A stretch of 54,214 bases of DNA, filler included, from Sluysia triapertura (lineage: Eukaryota): assembly GCA_046118255.1 (NCBI GenBank). It is 4 parts of 4 records of this genome, joined end to end, with 100 filler letters (N's around TTAATTAATTAA, not from the genome) between each part and the next. Parts side by side here need not be neighbours in the genome. Positions count along the whole stretch, not along the records: positions 37,603 to 54,214 come from JBJNIA010200042.1; 3 more parts are not named here. One strand, 5' to 3'. Within the stretch, counting starts at the first letter, position 1, and the number at the start of each line of letters is the position of its first letter. Below, piece after piece: positions 51,728 to 54,214 of the stretch. The position numbers were made by a program, and so were the translations under genes. The notes under the pieces were generated by a model that ran no database searches, was not told the DNA's origin, and was given only the letters and a program-made list of their open reading frames with translations.

Positions 51728-51959
51728 TCTAGTGTTTCTCTTTCCCTTGCAATAGCGGTTTCGTTTAATAAAGCATCTACTTTCATAGCGCTATTTATGT
51801 CACTGTCCACTAAGTGATTGTCTTCTGACGATTTATATTTACTATATTGTTTAGTACTCGGTTGAAGATTTTCTGAATTAGATCCTGTTAAAACTTGATG
51901 TTTTTCTTCTTTTTGTTCTTTTATCATTCTATATAATCTATCCATATGTGAATCTGTAT
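51728..51959 (-). CDS. Host gene exon 1 of those visible (probably internal; start upstream, or ATG at 51945)
   Basis: AATTTCAG acceptor, GTTAGT donor in phase 2 matching the next exon; covers ORF 51700..51945. Confidence 0.7.
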
Positions 51960-52659
51960 CTGAAATTCAGTTTTATACATAAATAAACTAGAAAATAAAA
52001 TCTAGTGGCCTTAGACAAAATTTATGAAATAGGCACGTTATAAGTTAAAAAAATAAAAAAAACTTCTGTTGAGCAAATAATTCAAACAAATTTAGACCTA
52101 AAATACGAAAAATATAAAATAAAATAGTGTGAATTTCTATTACTACATTCAATCTTTTGTAAGTAACTTAACTGTAATTTGTCATTCACAAAAAAATTAA
52201 TGTTTTAATTTAAAGTATAAACAAGAACTTATATCAAAGTAATATAACCCACACGAAACATATGTTGCTCATAATACATTTAAAAGCATGAGTATTTTAA
52301 TACTTTGAGTATTTTAATAATTTTGAATGATATTTGGTTCGATTTTTCGCGTGGCTTTCAGTTGGATCAATCTAGTTAAGCAATTTTTCATGGGAACCAA
52401 ACTTATTATAGGCGAACCCAGTAAATCTAATTTTTATATATTATGCGCAGATTACAACATAAATCTGGGTTTCAAGTTATTGAATAATTTTTATTTAATA
52501 GTTCTGGATTAAATTCAATTATGAAATGAATCATTATTTTACTTTTCTTTGAAGCTATATCAAATCTAAAAACATTAGAACTAATATATTAAAGGTACAA
52601 CTTGGGAGAAAGATTATTAAAGATCATAGACAGTAGATAGTTAAAGAGGTTTACTTTTA

Positions 52660-53600
52660 GAGCTATATCATGCCCTTTCAGTAACTCGAAATGATTATCA
52701 TCTTTTGCAGCCAAATAATATTGTAAAGGATTAGACCATAAATCATCTTGTATCGCTTCGCCAAATTCCACCAAAGCATTAGAAATATCAGGTGTAAACT
52801 ATTGCATGAAACTAAATGTTCTCAGTACTATCCGGAATTGATGAGAGTGTTTCTAAACTTGAAGAATCATCATTGTTAGTAAAAGTTAATTCAGAAATAG
52901 ATCTAGAGTTAATTCGATACTTTAATACAGCCAAACTATTCTGGAATCTATCACCACCCGTGTAATCGATTTCCCCACGATCCCAATGTATTCTGTCATT
53001 ACATTCTTGTTCATGAAACTCTTCATAGTTGCTTGATTGGTTGTTGATTGGCAATTGTTGACAACTCCATTTCTTCTTGTTGATGTTGAGTTGAGGTTCA
53101 TGATGCTAGTGATGCTGGTTATGTTCGTTATGCTTGAGATGGTGCTGTTCAGTCTGAGGAGGTTCATGATGTTCGTGATAATGCTGTTGAGGCTGAGAAG
53201 GTTTATGATGACACTGATGTTGAATATGTTCGTGATGATACTGCTTTTCTTGTGGTGTTGTCAAATAAGATGATTGTTTATAAAATATATGATGTTCAGT
53301 TTCTTCAACATTTGCTGGCATCGGTGGTTCCAGTGAAACTGACTACCAAAGATACAATTGGTTCAAATAATGAAATGTCTAAACTCGAATGTGATGGAAT
53401 ATTATTTTTTATGGGTGTGGAATTGTCAAAATGTAGCTCTAATTTTTGTTTGCCCAGAACTTTCAGTTTAGTTTTTGCTTTCTTCTATAAGTTCAAATCT
53501 TTTAGCAAGTAATACTACAGAGTCAATCTAGGTATTATTTTCTAATTCTCTAACTAAATGTCGTACTTCAGATTCAATGAAACTTGTGGATTTTCGATAC
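52660..53600 (-). pseudogene. Divergent intronless SET/TAF-I (NAP family, TSPY-like) histone chaperone pseudogene
   Basis: SFMQ*FT...EFGEAIQDDLWSNPLQYYL matches the SET C-terminal SFF.WF...LGEVIKDDIWPNPLQYYL. Upstream FMNKNVMTEY..SRIVW and LAKRFELI are collinear with NAP-domain motifs. Conserved Trp codon is TAG; several stops. Confidence 0.75.
53090..53250 (-). repeat. Degenerate coding-like tandem repeat inside the SET pseudogene
   Basis: Recurrent CAGCATTATCACGAACATCAT(G/A)AACC-type units; His/Gln-rich in one frame, Ser/Ile/Thr/Asn-rich in another. Confidence 0.6.
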
Positions 53601-54214
53601 TTCTTTTTATAAGTGGTTGGAGCAGGAAAAGAGAAGTAAGAGTGATAGAAATTTGTGAGGAAGAAAATTATGGTGGAAAATTGAGAGAAATTGAAGATAT
53701 TTTTATAGAAATTTTATTTCAATTTTTTATTATAATTGGATTTTAAGTTATGGAGATTTAATTTTTAAGTTATGTGGTTGTGTAGTTGTATTTTTAAGTG
53801 TTTGAAATTTTGAATAGTTGGGTCACCACAATAAAACCACAGCAATATGTCTCTCGATCTTCCTAATTTTCGAAAAATTTCTTTAAAATATCAAATTTTC
53901 AAATTTTTCTTTTATTCTAATGTTAAATTTTTATTTCTTTCCAATGTGAAAAAATAAATGTCGGAAAATTATAACATGATTATTGTATAACTAAATTTTA
54001 TTTATTTATTCTATTTATTTCTAGACATCGAATGAACGAATTTGAATTTTCTGTAAATAAAATAAATCCTACAAATCAAGTGATCTATACCTCGAGTATT
54101 TGATTAATGATAGATAAAAATAATAGTGATCCAATGTTATGAATGTCTGAAATTGAATGTATATGAATAATTATAATTTTATTAAATTGAATTGGTATTC
54201 AAAATATTATATAT

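Noticed and set aside
53037-53321. His/Gln-rich and Met/Val-rich ORFs (53106..53321 minus, 53037..53273 plus) as separate genes
   Set aside because: By-products of a stop-free tandem repeat inside the SET pseudogene.

Overview
Very AT-rich eukaryotic (animal, insect-like) scaffold with three artificial 100-bp gaps (N44-TTAATTAATTAA-N44), so order across gaps is not guaranteed. Most of the window is decayed mobile DNA. (1) A minus-strand Ty3/gypsy-like retroelement relic (~29.4-37.5 kb) has the order gag(CCHC) - unknown ORF - chuvirus-type glycoprotein - retropepsin. The envelope-like gene therefore sits upstream of the protease. A second, more decayed copy of the glycoprotein start lies at ~0.63-0.79 kb. 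(2) Two copies of a ~155-160 bp TG...CA element each contain a tRNA-like cloverleaf and a Pol III terminator. One copy has a perfect 4-bp TSD (CCTG) and interrupts the retropepsin, consistent with a solo LTR of a tRNA-carrying TRIM. (3) Polinton/Maverick fragments are scattered: pPolB, packaging ATPase, minor and major capsid. (4) There is a probable CACTA/EnSpm transposase relic, a hAT-type MITE, a degenerate RING-H2 finger and a divergent SET/NAP pseudogene. The only intact-looking host gene is a phase-consistent 7-exon, 5'-incomplete minus-strand gene (40238-51959, at least 786 aa, low complexity, one FFAT-like motif). All family calls come from motif recognition by eye; no database search was run.
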